The notes under the pieces are model-generated. The model worked only from the letters and a program-made list of their open reading frames with translations. It did not search any database and had not been told where the DNA came from. From positions 24,134 through 88,133 of IMG/VR virus record IMGVR_UViG_3300011113_000581: a stretch of 64,000 nt of DNA. One strand, 5' to 3'. Origin of the DNA: a virus. Of this stretch, positions 8,488-17,225 are shown piece by piece. Both the position numbers and the translations under genes were made by a program. Position 1 is the first letter of the stretch, and each line of letters begins with the position of its first letter.

Positions 8488-8733
8488 GTGCCATCCACCA
8501 AAAGCACACTTCAGAAAAATAAAAAAAAAATGCTGGAGTACAAAAAAACGTTGTGTTGCAAACGATGTGGAACAGATGATTATCGACTGTTAGATTTTCA
8601 TCACGAAAGAGAAAAGGATAACAAAGTATCAGCTCTTTTACATGGAGGATACGCTTGGCAGCGCATCCAAAAAGAAATTGATAAATGTATTCCTTTATGT
8701 GCTAACTGTCATAGGCTTGAGCACTGGCAATGA
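8488..8733 (+). CDS. small HNH endonuclease
   Basis: CKRCG...LDFHH...EIDKCIPLCANCHRLEH. Confidence 0.8.
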   Translation: MPSTKSTLQKNKKKMLEYKKTLCCKRCGTDDYRLLDFHHEREKDNKVSALLHGGYAWQRIQKEIDKCIPLCANCHRLEHWQ

Positions 8734-8762
8734 TAAAATATTCGTAGTTAAAATTTTTCGTA

Positions 8763-9218
8763 ATGTCAAAAAAAGTTTGCAGTGTCTGCAATGAACTAAA
8801 ACTACTTGAAGATTTTTACAAAGAATCAAGGGTAAAAGATGGACGAGCAAGACGTTGCAAGCTTTGTCATACAAAAATAACAAATGAATATCGCAAAAAA
8901 AATCCTGAAATATATCGCAAAGCAAGTTTAAAGCATTGGCATGGTCTAAATCAAAAGGAAAAACAAGAAAAATGGATAAAACGTTATGGGTTATCAGCTA
9001 AAGAATATTACAAAATGCTTGAAAAACAAAAAGAAGTATGTAAAATATGCAACAAAAAATGTTCAAGTAAACAAACTTTATCCGTAGATCATTGCCACAA
9101 AACAGGAAAAGTAAGAGGGTTATTGTGTATAAAATGTAATACTTCTTTAGGAATGCTTAATGATGATGTAAGTTTATTTTACTCAGCCATTAAGTATCTT
9201 AAGAGTTTCGAAGAGTAG
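8763..9218 (+). CDS. Endonuclease VII-family nuclease
   Basis: CSVC, CKLC, CKIC, VDHCHKTGKVRGLLCIKCN. Confidence 0.85.
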   Translation: MSKKVCSVCNELKLLEDFYKESRVKDGRARRCKLCHTKITNEYRKKNPEIYRKASLKHWHGLNQKEKQEKWIKRYGLSAKEYYKMLEKQKEVCKICNKKCSSKQTLSVDHCHKTGKVRGLLCIKCNTSLGMLNDDVSLFYSAIKYLKSFEE

Positions 9219-9750
9219 CTTTAATCATCCATGCCGCTTTAAACGCTTCCCCACACAGCTCAGCCATGTAATTCTGGATATCAATGGCACCTACCTTGGC
9301 AGCAATAGGCTCTAGTTTTTTAGTCTTCATGCCCAACTCCTCAAGATTTTTGTAGTACACACCTAGCATCTCAGTTGCTTTATAGCTGGTGCAGTGCTTG
9401 AACTCTGGGCTTGCTTCCATCAAACCGTTGTGGCAGGAAGGGAGCAGATAGTCCATGCTGCGAATAAATTCCCCAAGTTTATCAAACTGTTCGATGTGTG
9501 CTTCATATTGATCTTTTAAAAACTTGTGTACACCTAAAAAATTTGACCCTTCTATATTCAAATGAATCAAATGACTTTGCACCTGGAGCTGGTGCACATA
9601 AGCCATCAGTGAAATCAACTGCTGAATAAAAGAACCAACGTCCCCACCCTTAGATTTGCCAGGTGCTTTGGGTTTTTCTTGTGCCTGAGGAACCGCTTGA
9701 AGGGGAGGGGTTTGTGGTTCTTGCACCAGTTGAGGACCGGGGGTATACAT
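9199..9750 (-). CDS. dps: Dps/ferritin-like protein
   Basis: HLIHLNIEGSNFLGVHKFL..QYE...FDKLGEFIR ferroxidase pattern; C-terminal KAAWMI. Confidence 0.8.
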   Translation of the reverse strand: MYTPGPQLVQEPQTPPLQAVPQAQEKPKAPGKSKGGDVGSFIQQLISLMAYVHQLQVQSHLIHLNIEGSNFLGVHKFLKDQYEAHIEQFDKLGEFIRSMDYLLPSCHNGLMEASPEFKHCTSYKATEMLGVYYKNLEELGMKTKKLEPIAAKVGAIDIQNYMAELCGEAFKAAWMIKATLRNS

Positions 9751-9791
9751 AATCTTTAGTCGGTAGTTCCAGTTTATCAGCCGTTAACACC

Positions 9792-11111
9792 TCATCTTGA
9801 TATTTCCTCCCAATCCATAGATGCAAGAACATCAGCACCAGCAGAAGCACTGCTGCACACCAAGGTTAATTCTGTAGGAGTACTGGTAAGACCATTACGT
9901 TCCAGCTGGAATGCAAACAATGCTTCTTTCAAGATATCAATAACGGTTGAGCCTTGGTTAGAGCCAATAGCAAAACCACCAGCTAAAGAACGTCCTGTGC
10001 CAACAGCAAAGGATGTGCCAGTAATGTTGTATTCAACAGAAGAATTTGCAGAGGTGGTATCCCAAGATCCGCCAGTGGTTGTACCACCAACAATTACTTT
10101 CCAGTTGTAGTTTGCATTATTTGTAATACCCAAAATTGACAAAGCAGTTAAAATAACAATCGCATCAAGACGAGTTGACTTAAGACGAATCGAGATAACA
10201 GGATAATCAGTTGACGCGTTTGTTAAATCACGCGGAGATGCAACCGGAGTTCCAACTGTTGACTGGGCACCACGCAATTCATATCCACCTTCCGACAATA
10301 CGGTTGAGCAAACTTGCTTTAAGGTACTGCTACTTGCCGTAGTACCTACATTAGTAATTTCATAACGCAACGGCAAGGATGCCGTTGTAATGTAGGTGGA
10401 TGTGATTAAGTTGGCATGGTGAAATGAATGGCAGTGAATAAACGCACCATTAATTACAAATCCTGCACGCACAGTACCAAGGCCAAGCCATTCAATATCA
10501 AACCAAAGGATTTGAGCCTTAGTAATATCAAGCGTAAATCCTGATGGTCCACTGCCGTTTAATGTATCAATATTCCAATTAGTTTGTAGTACTCGTGTTT
10601 CGGCAAGGCTTCCACTTACTGAACTACGCTCAACAAAAGCTGGGCCCGTAGTTCCACTGACCTCCAGGTACATACCATTAGCAGCGCCGTAGTAACCAAC
10701 TCGCTGCCGCAGGTTGGCTTTTGCAGGATTCATTACAAAGGTTGACATAAACAACAAGGATTTTCCTGGTTGATATGAACAAACTTTGTTAGTTTCTCGG
10801 ATGATTTCAGATCCAGATGTAGTTGTTACATTAAGATCAACCAGGCCTTGGTTTGCATTAAATGCGTACGTAGCACCAGTGCCACTGGAAGTAGACCACA
10901 GACCATTATCGTTGTAACGATGGCTTGAATCAAATAAAGTTAAAGGTGCTGATACACGTGTCCTACCAAATGCATCACCCGCCATACCAGCAGGTTGACT
11001 ATACACAGTATTACCGCTTGAAGTTGTTACCTCAAGCGGCCTTCCACTGCACGTTTGTACTTTAATTACTTCATACAGATTGGTATCTGTCGGATCTCTA
11101 TATAACGGCAT
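9792..11111 (-). CDS. probable virion structural / beta-rich protein
   Basis: 439 aa, S/T/G-rich, DAFGRTRVS..TLFDS motif familiar from phage proteins. Confidence 0.55.
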   Translation of the reverse strand: MPLYRDPTDTNLYEVIKVQTCSGRPLEVTTSSGNTVYSQPAGMAGDAFGRTRVSAPLTLFDSSHRYNDNGLWSTSSGTGATYAFNANQGLVDLNVTTTSGSEIIRETNKVCSYQPGKSLLFMSTFVMNPAKANLRQRVGYYGAANGMYLEVSGTTGPAFVERSSVSGSLAETRVLQTNWNIDTLNGSGPSGFTLDITKAQILWFDIEWLGLGTVRAGFVINGAFIHCHSFHHANLITSTYITTASLPLRYEITNVGTTASSSTLKQVCSTVLSEGGYELRGAQSTVGTPVASPRDLTNASTDYPVISIRLKSTRLDAIVILTALSILGITNNANYNWKVIVGGTTTGGSWDTTSANSSVEYNITGTSFAVGTGRSLAGGFAIGSNQGSTVIDILKEALFAFQLERNGLTSTPTELTLVCSSASAGADVLASMDWEEISR

Positions 11112-11131
11112 GTAACTAAGTCAAGTTACAT

Positions 11132-11323
11132 TCATTCTATTTCAACTAAATAACCAAAGTCTCTTGGTTCAGTCACAGCTACATTTTTTGTACCGCATAC
11201 ATCACACGTATTCATGTGATAAGTAGCACAATGTGTTTTGGGAAATAACCCTCCAGGTTGGTACCACTTACCATACTTAACACCACAGTCGTTGCAGACC
11301 CAGTCAACTTGTTTACTTTTCAT
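11132..11323 (-). CDS. small zinc-finger protein
   Basis: CNDCG...CDVCG. Confidence 0.6.
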   Translation of the reverse strand: MKSKQVDWVCNDCGVKYGKWYQPGGLFPKTHCATYHMNTCDVCGTKNVAVTEPRDFGYLVEIE

Positions 11324-11669
11324 TAAGCTTAAACCGAAGAGTTGTTTTAAGGTTGTTGTAAAAATTTTCTTTGCTTTTGTAAAACTGACGTTGTTCTTCT
11401 AGTGATTCAATAAGTGCTTTAGCAATTTCTTCTTCAGTAAACATGTCTTCTGCAATAGCAAGCGTGTCACAAAAGCCATCCATCATTTGCTTGTAGCCAG
11501 TTGCTTTAAGATCCATTGATGTTAACTCTTGAATAGTTTGCATAACATTAGTTGTATCATGCATGTGTTCACGTAGATGTTTAGCATCCCCTGGAGCAGC
11601 CGTCGCAGGATTCCCCAATCGTTTTGTTGCGTTGTACTCTTGGATTAAATCCGAGTCTTTGAGTTTCAT
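11313..11669 (-). CDS. hypothetical protein
   Basis: ORF in the minus-strand operon. Confidence 0.55.
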   Translation of the reverse strand: MKLKDSDLIQEYNATKRLGNPATAAPGDAKHLREHMHDTTNVMQTIQELTSMDLKATGYKQMMDGFCDTLAIAEDMFTEEEIAKALIESLEEQRQFYKSKENFYNNLKTTLRFKLNEK

Positions 11670-11823
11670 TAATAAAATCCTCAATACATTTGTGGTATCC
11701 CTGAAGGAATTCTTCAGGATAAGGAACTTCGTCGTCAGGCGGATACCCTACGTACGAAAGAAAGTTAAGATCAAGAGTTTGTGTGATTCTTTTTAATACT
11801 TGTTCAGTAGTAAGTTCATTCAT
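11581..11823 (-). CDS. hypothetical protein
   Basis: ORF in the operon. Confidence 0.5.
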   Translation of the reverse strand: MNELTTEQVLKRITQTLDLNFLSYVGYPPDDEVPYPEEFLQGYHKCIEDFINETQRLGFNPRVQRNKTIGESCDGCSRGC

Positions 11824-11840
11824 AAGCCTGGTTCAAACTA

Positions 11841-11860
11841 GGCCCACCTTACGATGGGCC
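11841..11860 (-). promoter_or_regulatory. intergenic GNRA hairpin
   Basis: Minus strand GGCCCAUC-GUAA-GGUGGGCC; the G-U pair forms only on the minus strand. Confidence 0.5.
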
Positions 11861-11869
11861 ATTAATTTG

Positions 11870-12130
11870 TCAAGTAGTAATTGTTTCTTTTAATGATTGT
11901 TCATAAGCATCTACGGCAGCTTTAAATTCAAAGTACTGATCGCGCATAGCGGGACCAGCTTCTTGTATACAAAAGTCTTGCCAGAGCCCAGTGTATAAGC
12001 TGTGCATTGGATGGCTTTTGTTTTGCCGTCCAGAACAATTGTACATGTGCTCGAGGAAATCAGATCGTTGTTGTTCTTTTTCAACGCTCCAATTGTCGAG
12101 GATTACTTGATAGTCAAATGAGTTAGACAT
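11870..12130 (-). CDS. hypothetical protein
   Basis: ORF coupled to its neighbour. Confidence 0.6.
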   Translation of the reverse strand: MSNSFDYQVILDNWSVEKEQQRSDFLEHMYNCSGRQNKSHPMHSLYTGLWQDFCIQEAGPAMRDQYFEFKAAVDAYEQSLKETITT

Positions 12131-12318
12131 TAGCGCTCTTGAGTTTGCATACGGTAAATCTCTTGAACTTCTGGACGTGCATCTCGGATGGCATCATGAA
12201 TGTCATCTTCTACCATCTGAATGAATTGTTCCTTGGTACGCCCTTTAAAAGCGTCCCATTCAATCTCCAGATCAATAGTGAGCCTTAGATCCAAAAGGTT
12301 CTTAACAGGTGCTTCCAT
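12130..12318 (-). CDS. hypothetical protein
   Basis: ORF coupled to its neighbour. Confidence 0.55.
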   Translation of the reverse strand: MEAPVKNLLDLRLTIDLEIEWDAFKGRTKEQFIQMVEDDIHDAIRDARPEVQEIYRMQTQER

Positions 12319-12349
12319 TTCTAGAAGTGAGGTACCTGATTAGGCTACA

Positions 12350-12613
12350 TCATTTTTCTAGTAAACGCTCAAGTGAGTGCATTTGATTTTGCTGGTAGTA
12401 CCCAAGTCGTTCTTGGATTATGTGTGTGTAATTGATGGCTGCATCAACCATTTCTGTTGCATCCATAGAAGCAGCAAGGTTTTCATTGGCTAACATTGCA
12501 GCAGTTAATACTGTTGTTTGCCATTCCAACTTACTTCCAATTAGTGCGGGTAAAGGAGTACCACCTTGCGTAAACGATTCAATTAATCGCATTAATCCAT
12601 CGTCCGTAGCCAT
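12350..12613 (-). CDS. hypothetical protein
   Basis: AAGGAG Shine-Dalgarno upstream. Confidence 0.65.
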   Translation of the reverse strand: MATDDGLMRLIESFTQGGTPLPALIGSKLEWQTTVLTAAMLANENLAASMDATEMVDAAINYTHIIQERLGYYQQNQMHSLERLLEK

Positions 12614-12646
12614 GGTACTCCTTACTTTTTCTTTAGTTTACCGCGA

Positions 12647-13060
12647 TCAGTTTTTACCTTTCATCAAGTAATACCAATAAGCATTTCTTGAATTTTGGTG
12701 GAACCGTTTGCCGCTAAGCAACTTAAGCTTTCGTTCTTCCAGCTCTTGTGCTTTTGATTCGTTATACGGAAGTGTATCTCCGTTATCACAAAGCATTGCC
12801 AACTCCAAATCAACCATCTCAATCTGAAGCTGGAAGTCATCTACTGCTTGCTCATGACAGCGACACATGATGTGCGCATCCTCAAGATCAGTCGGTGGCG
12901 TCAGATTCTGATAAAAGCTCTTTTGGATATTCGGATGAAAGATCGTCCATTCCCTTGGTGTGGACAATTCGATTTCGTTTGATGTTGTAGTCCTGGTAGA
13001 TTTTGACGCCTTGGGGGAGGTTGATTCCTTCTTGGTAAGCACAGCAGAGTTTGTCGACAT
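12647..13060 (-). CDS. hypothetical protein (true start probably further downstream)
   Basis: Coiled-coil-like C-half; overlaps the end of the Gp157-like gene. Confidence 0.5.
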   Translation of the reverse strand: MSTNSAVLTKKESTSPKASKSTRTTTSNEIELSTPREWTIFHPNIQKSFYQNLTPPTDLEDAHIMCRCHEQAVDDFQLQIEMVDLELAMLCDNGDTLPYNESKAQELEERKLKLLSGKRFHQNSRNAYWYYLMKGKN

Positions 13061-13616
13061 TTAAAATAATTTCGGTTTTTGTGACAGGTTTAATAGTTTG
13101 TTCAACCATCTCCCCTTCCATAGAAGTTACCACAACTTCTTTCGTAGTTCTGATCGTTTGTTTTAAACAGTACTTAACCTGGTCCTGCTCGTCCCACTCC
13201 TCTACAGGAATGGACAGTTCAACGGTCAGCTCTTTCTTTTTACTTAACACAAACTCATAGTTTTTTCCAACAATACGATTTGAATCTAGTGGTGCAGAAC
13301 GACGTAACCAGTTAATCAAACCTTTGATTTGATTGACTTGAGACTCGTGATGTTTACGAGCAGCCATTAAAAGATCTTGCTCTTTCTTGGCACGCTCTAC
13401 TGCATCCTCGTGGTGCGCCCATGCATAGTACAGTCGATCTATTTTTTCAGATCGAAGATTCCTGCATTGCTCAAGCTCAGCCTGCACCAACTCCTGGGAC
13501 TCAAGAGATAGCAAAGGAGCAGAGCGTTCCAGGGTAACATGATGCTCGTACAGTTTTAATATGGATAGTTCATTTAGTTTAGTTTGTGTAACTTGTTTTT
13601 GTTGAGTTAAGTTCAT
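12888..13616 (-). CDS. Siphovirus Gp157-like coiled-coil protein
   Basis: EKIDRLYY...AKKEQDLL..ARK..ESQV..IK pattern. Confidence 0.5.
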   Translation of the reverse strand: MNLTQQKQVTQTKLNELSILKLYEHHVTLERSAPLLSLESQELVQAELEQCRNLRSEKIDRLYYAWAHHEDAVERAKKEQDLLMAARKHHESQVNQIKGLINWLRRSAPLDSNRIVGKNYEFVLSKKKELTVELSIPVEEWDEQDQVKYCLKQTIRTTKEVVVTSMEGEMVEQTIKPVTKTEIILNVDKLCCAYQEGINLPQGVKIYQDYNIKRNRIVHTKGMDDLSSEYPKELLSESDATD

Positions 13617-13620
13617 TGAT

Positions 13621-13734
13621 TTAAGCAAAATGATTTGTAAGTTTGTTCATTACATAGGCCAGCATTGCTCCGCATGCTGCCCAAAGAATGTCCTTGAGAA
13701 CAGGAATAACAATACCAAGAAGCGTTTCAAACAT
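13621..13734 (-). CDS. 37-aa hydrophobic membrane peptide
   Basis: Manual ORF MFETLLGIVIPVLKDILWAACGAMLAYVMNKLTNHFA, 23 nt after pseudoknot copy 1. Confidence 0.55.
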   Translation of the reverse strand: MFETLLGIVIPVLKDILWAACGAMLAYVMNKLTNHFA

Positions 13735-13757
13735 TAATCTGTGTTGTGTTAGTTGGA

Positions 13758-13788
13758 TAGGCAGTTTAACGTCATACCCAGGACGTTA
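13758..13788 (-). repeat. pseudoknot motif A, copy 1
   Basis: UAACGUC-C-UGGGUA-U-GACGUUA-AAC-UGCCUA. Confidence 0.8.
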
Positions 13789-13790
13789 GC

Positions 13791-14117
13791 TTACTCTTTA
13801 ATTTGCTTAGCTTCTTCTTCCATAGTTTCTTCAAAAGTATATCGACGCCGTTTAATAGCGTCAGGGTTCTTTTCTTTTTGAATTACACGTGCATCTTCTG
13901 ATGCAGCATACAACACCTCCTGGAAAGAATCCCAAACAAACTTAGGATCTTTTAAGTATCCAGTAAATCCAAAAGCATCTAATGTAATAACATGTTGTTT
14001 AAGTAGTTCACAAAGCAAATCAGATTTACTTTGAACCAAATGCTTAAACTGTTCTTCGGGTAAATCGTAAGTATCAAGATTCATAACTAAAATCCTCATC
14101 AGGAAAAGCTTTTTCAA
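13791..14117 (-). CDS. hypothetical protein
   Basis: ORF in the operon. Confidence 0.55.
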   Translation of the reverse strand: MKKLFLMRILVMNLDTYDLPEEQFKHLVQSKSDLLCELLKQHVITLDAFGFTGYLKDPKFVWDSFQEVLYAASEDARVIQKEKNPDAIKRRRYTFEETMEEEAKQIKE

Positions 14118-14331
14118 TAGCAGCAGTTAATGCATCTATCATGAATTGTTTTTGCAATTGTTCTCCAAGGTTTGTCCACCACTGAAGGTCTGCATCTGTT
14201 TCATCCCATTCAATTTGAATAGTACCAGATCCATCTTCTTCAGAAGTGTATTTAATATTGAGTTTAAAAATAGAGTTTGAATCTACGGTTGAGGCACAAA
14301 GTTCTGCTCTGTATTCTTTTTGGTTTTCCAT
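14074..14331 (-). CDS. hypothetical protein
   Basis: ORF in the operon. Confidence 0.55.
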   Translation of the reverse strand: MENQKEYRAELCASTVDSNSIFKLNIKYTSEEDGSGTIQIEWDETDADLQWWTNLGEQLQKQFMIDALTAAIEKAFPDEDFSYES

Positions 14332-15269
14332 GCATTAGATAGTTGAGGTAAGGCTGTCCCTGGGAAAGGAACAAAGCCATTGTCTAACATGTTATCAAAA
14401 AGATCCCATGCATTGTGTTGCGTAAATACTTCTTTAGGTTTGTAGGTTTTCCATGCAGGCAACGGAGCCATAGAACCATGTTTGGTATACAGAACAAGGA
14501 ATCGACCTTTATCTGATTTACCTTCTGGTGGTGCGTACCACCAAGCCGTAGCATCTCTTGGTGCTTGACCACGGCAATTGTTACGTACCTCAGTCCTTTT
14601 AACAAGAAGCTGACGATAACGTTTCATCCAAGTTAAGTGAATACACCAAGGTTGATACCCTTCAATCTCAGCCTGGAACTCAGACAAATTATTTAGTTGT
14701 CTTTGGAAAGAACCGCAAGAGCAGTATGGTGTTTTCTGAAGTTCTTTATTGCAATTAACTTCATTGCTTTCATTATCCTCACTTGGATCCAAATAGCTTT
14801 CATTAATGATGTGGAAACCGTCAGGGGCAACCAAATGTCCCAGGTCAGCCTGATCACTCTGTAAAAGTGTCTCAAGTTTAATCCGATCCGATATGTGAAT
14901 AAATTTATCTGCCCACGAACGCTGAGCTTGCGCCGCAAACGAGAGGTGCCCAAGTGCGTGGCTGTAGTGCCAACCCTTGAACATGATGTATGCATTGTTA
15001 TGCCAAATGGATGGACCACGGTAGTTAGGACCTAGGTAAGAGAAAAAGTCTTTAAGGCGAAAAGTAAATTGCTGGTATGCAGCCTTGACTAAGTTCCTGT
15101 CATAAGTTTGCTCAGTACCATCGTTACGCACCACGATAACAGAATCATCTCGCAAATAAATTGCGGAGATTTCCGTGTCATCAAATTCCGGAAACGCACG
15201 TCTGATGTTACTCCGTGTGTAAATAATTTGTTGAGCCTGGTTAAGTTCTTTGATGAGTTTAGTGGTCAT
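14283..15269 (-). CDS. SWIM zinc-finger domain protein
   Basis: YCSCGSF...WCIHL (CxC-n-CxH). Confidence 0.6.
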   Translation of the reverse strand: MTTKLIKELNQAQQIIYTRSNIRRAFPEFDDTEISAIYLRDDSVIVVRNDGTEQTYDRNLVKAAYQQFTFRLKDFFSYLGPNYRGPSIWHNNAYIMFKGWHYSHALGHLSFAAQAQRSWADKFIHISDRIKLETLLQSDQADLGHLVAPDGFHIINESYLDPSEDNESNEVNCNKELQKTPYCSCGSFQRQLNNLSEFQAEIEGYQPWCIHLTWMKRYRQLLVKRTEVRNNCRGQAPRDATAWWYAPPEGKSDKGRFLVLYTKHGSMAPLPAWKTYKPKEVFTQHNAWDLFDNMLDNGFVPFPGTALPQLSNAWKTKKNTEQNFVPQP

Positions 15270-15304
15270 AATTGAATTGAGTTTGTGTTGATTTCCTGAC
15301 ATGC

Positions 15305-15475
15305 TCAGGATTTGGATTTAAATTTTTCAGCCTGGTACACACCGGTAGTAATTTTGTATGTACCAAAGACTGCTGTTGCAAGGGCGATGGGCGTGCCAAT
15401 CATAGCAGCAATTCCACCTGCAATCAAACCAGTTGCAACTCCTGTAACAAACGCAACTTTTTCTTCATGTTTCAT
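15305..15475 (-). CDS. small membrane protein
   Basis: Gly/Ala-rich hydrophobic hairpin. Confidence 0.55.
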   Translation of the reverse strand: MKHEEKVAFVTGVATGLIAGGIAAMIGTPIALATAVFGTYKITTGVYQAEKFKSKS

Positions 15476-15518
15476 TTGATTATTGTGAGTAGAATTAATT
15501 ATCTTCAAATAAAAACTT

Positions 15519-15773
15519 ATGGAAGAAACTTACATTCCACTGCATAAGTTTGAAATAGATCCTTCAATGGATGATTTGTTTTGGGAAGAAAAAATTAAAC
15601 GTACAATTCAAGAGTGTAATTCGGTTAGTACTTTAAAAGAAATGGCAACCCTCTTGGCGAGGATTGCCACGCAACGTCAAGGTGTAATTCGTGGGTTAAT
15701 CAAAGACATTCACGTTTTTAACAATATGTTAATTGATGTAAATGAAATTGCTAACCCAGAAATTAAACCTTAG
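15519..15773 (+). CDS. NblA-like phycobilisome degradation protein (divergent)
   Basis: PSMDDLF...KIKRTIQECNSVSTLKEMATLL...QRQGVIRGLIK aligns by eye to the NblA helix-loop-helix. Confidence 0.5.
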   Translation: MEETYIPLHKFEIDPSMDDLFWEEKIKRTIQECNSVSTLKEMATLLARIATQRQGVIRGLIKDIHVFNNMLIDVNEIANPEIKP

Positions 15774-16897
15774 AAACTGTAGTTTTCACCAGTATCAGGA
15801 TCTTGTGCAGATGCAAGAGCTTTCACTTCGACATCTACATCTGCAGTTCTAGACACCGGAAGAATTTGTACACCTTCTTTGATTCCGTAAGCACCACCAA
15901 GACGTTGTGCATCTTGATATGCATGTTGGTTAATGTAGTCTACAAATATTTCTTGGCATTTCCAAGTTGATTCACGATCTTCATCAGGAATTGAAAGACG
16001 ATTCAGTGATTCAATTGCATTTTCTTGAGAACTGTAATCAGGAATTTCAAAAGATTCGATAGCGCAGATTTCAACATTATTAGCACCGCGCATTTCATTA
16101 GCAAGTACAGGTATAAACACCGTAGTAGCATAAAACTTTTCGTTAAATGCTAAAGGTACTTCAGCTCCTAACGCTTTACTTAAACACTTAGACATTTCTT
16201 TTTCATACAACTTAATTTTATCTGCTGCATCAGTACCATTCAAACCTTTGAGTGTTAGTACAATTGGAATCTTGTGCGCACGTTTGTTGTCCTGGGTCAG
16301 GATATAAACTAGATATTTAGTACGAACACTATACTTACGGCGGTACATTTCACCTTTGCTGTTAGCAAGATCAGATGCAACTTTATCTGCATCCCAAAGT
16401 TTTTTGATTTCAGGATCATCAAATGAACCAATTGTCTGTTTCATCCCTGTGGTTTCTTCTACCATCAAAGGAGAACGTAACAAAATTTGCATGCGTGGCT
16501 CAGTAAAATTCAAGCCTTCTTCAACAGAAGTATTAGGTGCTATACCAAAGGTTTGTTTGTAATTCCAGATAACTGAATCTTTAGCAAATTGATCTTCTGT
16601 TGCAGTCCATCCGCATGTATCTAAATCAATTTTGCGGACAAACCATCCACGTACTTTAGATTTGTTTAAAGGTTGAATTGTAACAATACCTTGATAGCCA
16701 GTAATAAACTCTTTAGATTGAAAAAGTTTAAAGGAATCAAGCCCTCTAGTTGCAATCGCAGATGTTTCCTTAGTAGCAAGTGCAGATGTTTTCTTAGTAG
16801 TCATAACTTTAGTCGGAAGTTTTTCAGAAATAGTTTCTTTGGTAGGCTCTTCAGTTGGATCAGGTTTTTTTAGTAGATCAAGGACTGATTCAGTCAT
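15770..16897 (-). CDS. DUF5895-like protein
   Basis: GWF...GW, EGL...PRMQILLRSPL, KYLVYIL..DNK..H.IPIVLT.KG; resembles cyanobacterial plasmid/phage proteins as recalled. Confidence 0.5.
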   Translation of the reverse strand: MTESVLDLLKKPDPTEEPTKETISEKLPTKVMTTKKTSALATKETSAIATRGLDSFKLFQSKEFITGYQGIVTIQPLNKSKVRGWFVRKIDLDTCGWTATEDQFAKDSVIWNYKQTFGIAPNTSVEEGLNFTEPRMQILLRSPLMVEETTGMKQTIGSFDDPEIKKLWDADKVASDLANSKGEMYRRKYSVRTKYLVYILTQDNKRAHKIPIVLTLKGLNGTDAADKIKLYEKEMSKCLSKALGAEVPLAFNEKFYATTVFIPVLANEMRGANNVEICAIESFEIPDYSSQENAIESLNRLSIPDEDRESTWKCQEIFVDYINQHAYQDAQRLGGAYGIKEGVQILPVSRTADVDVEVKALASAQDPDTGENYSF

Positions 16898-16917
16898 TGT
16901 GTTGTTGAGTTGGTGAG

Positions 16918-16946
16918 TGGGCAGTTTAACGTCGTACCTAGGACGT
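16918..16946 (-). repeat. pseudoknot motif A, copy 2
   Basis: ACGUC-C-UAGGUA-C-GACGU-UAAAC-UGCCCA. Confidence 0.75.
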
Positions 16947-16949
16947 GCC

Positions 16950-17225
16950 TCACTCTAGATCAAGGTCAAGGTTTGGCTTAGGAAGATTAAAGGTTTTTAA
17001 CAATTCATTGTTACGCTTTTCTTCTAAATCAAAATATTCTTCTGAGATAGAAGACATGTGTTCATAAATTGCTTTGTTGTAATGACCACAACCAAGAAGA
17101 AAACAAACAAATTGATCAATGACATCAGTAACATACATAGAAGTAAGTGTATGTATTGTTGATCTATCACCGTCAATATGTTTGAATTCAAAGTAATTAA
17201 ACTGTTCTGTTTCAGTCATAATCAA
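16950..17225 (-). CDS. hypothetical protein
   Basis: ORF; QFVCFLLGCG motif. Confidence 0.55.
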   Translation of the reverse strand: MIMTETEQFNYFEFKHIDGDRSTIHTLTSMYVTDVIDQFVCFLLGCGHYNKAIYEHMSSISEEYFDLEEKRNNELLKTFNLPKPNLDLDLE

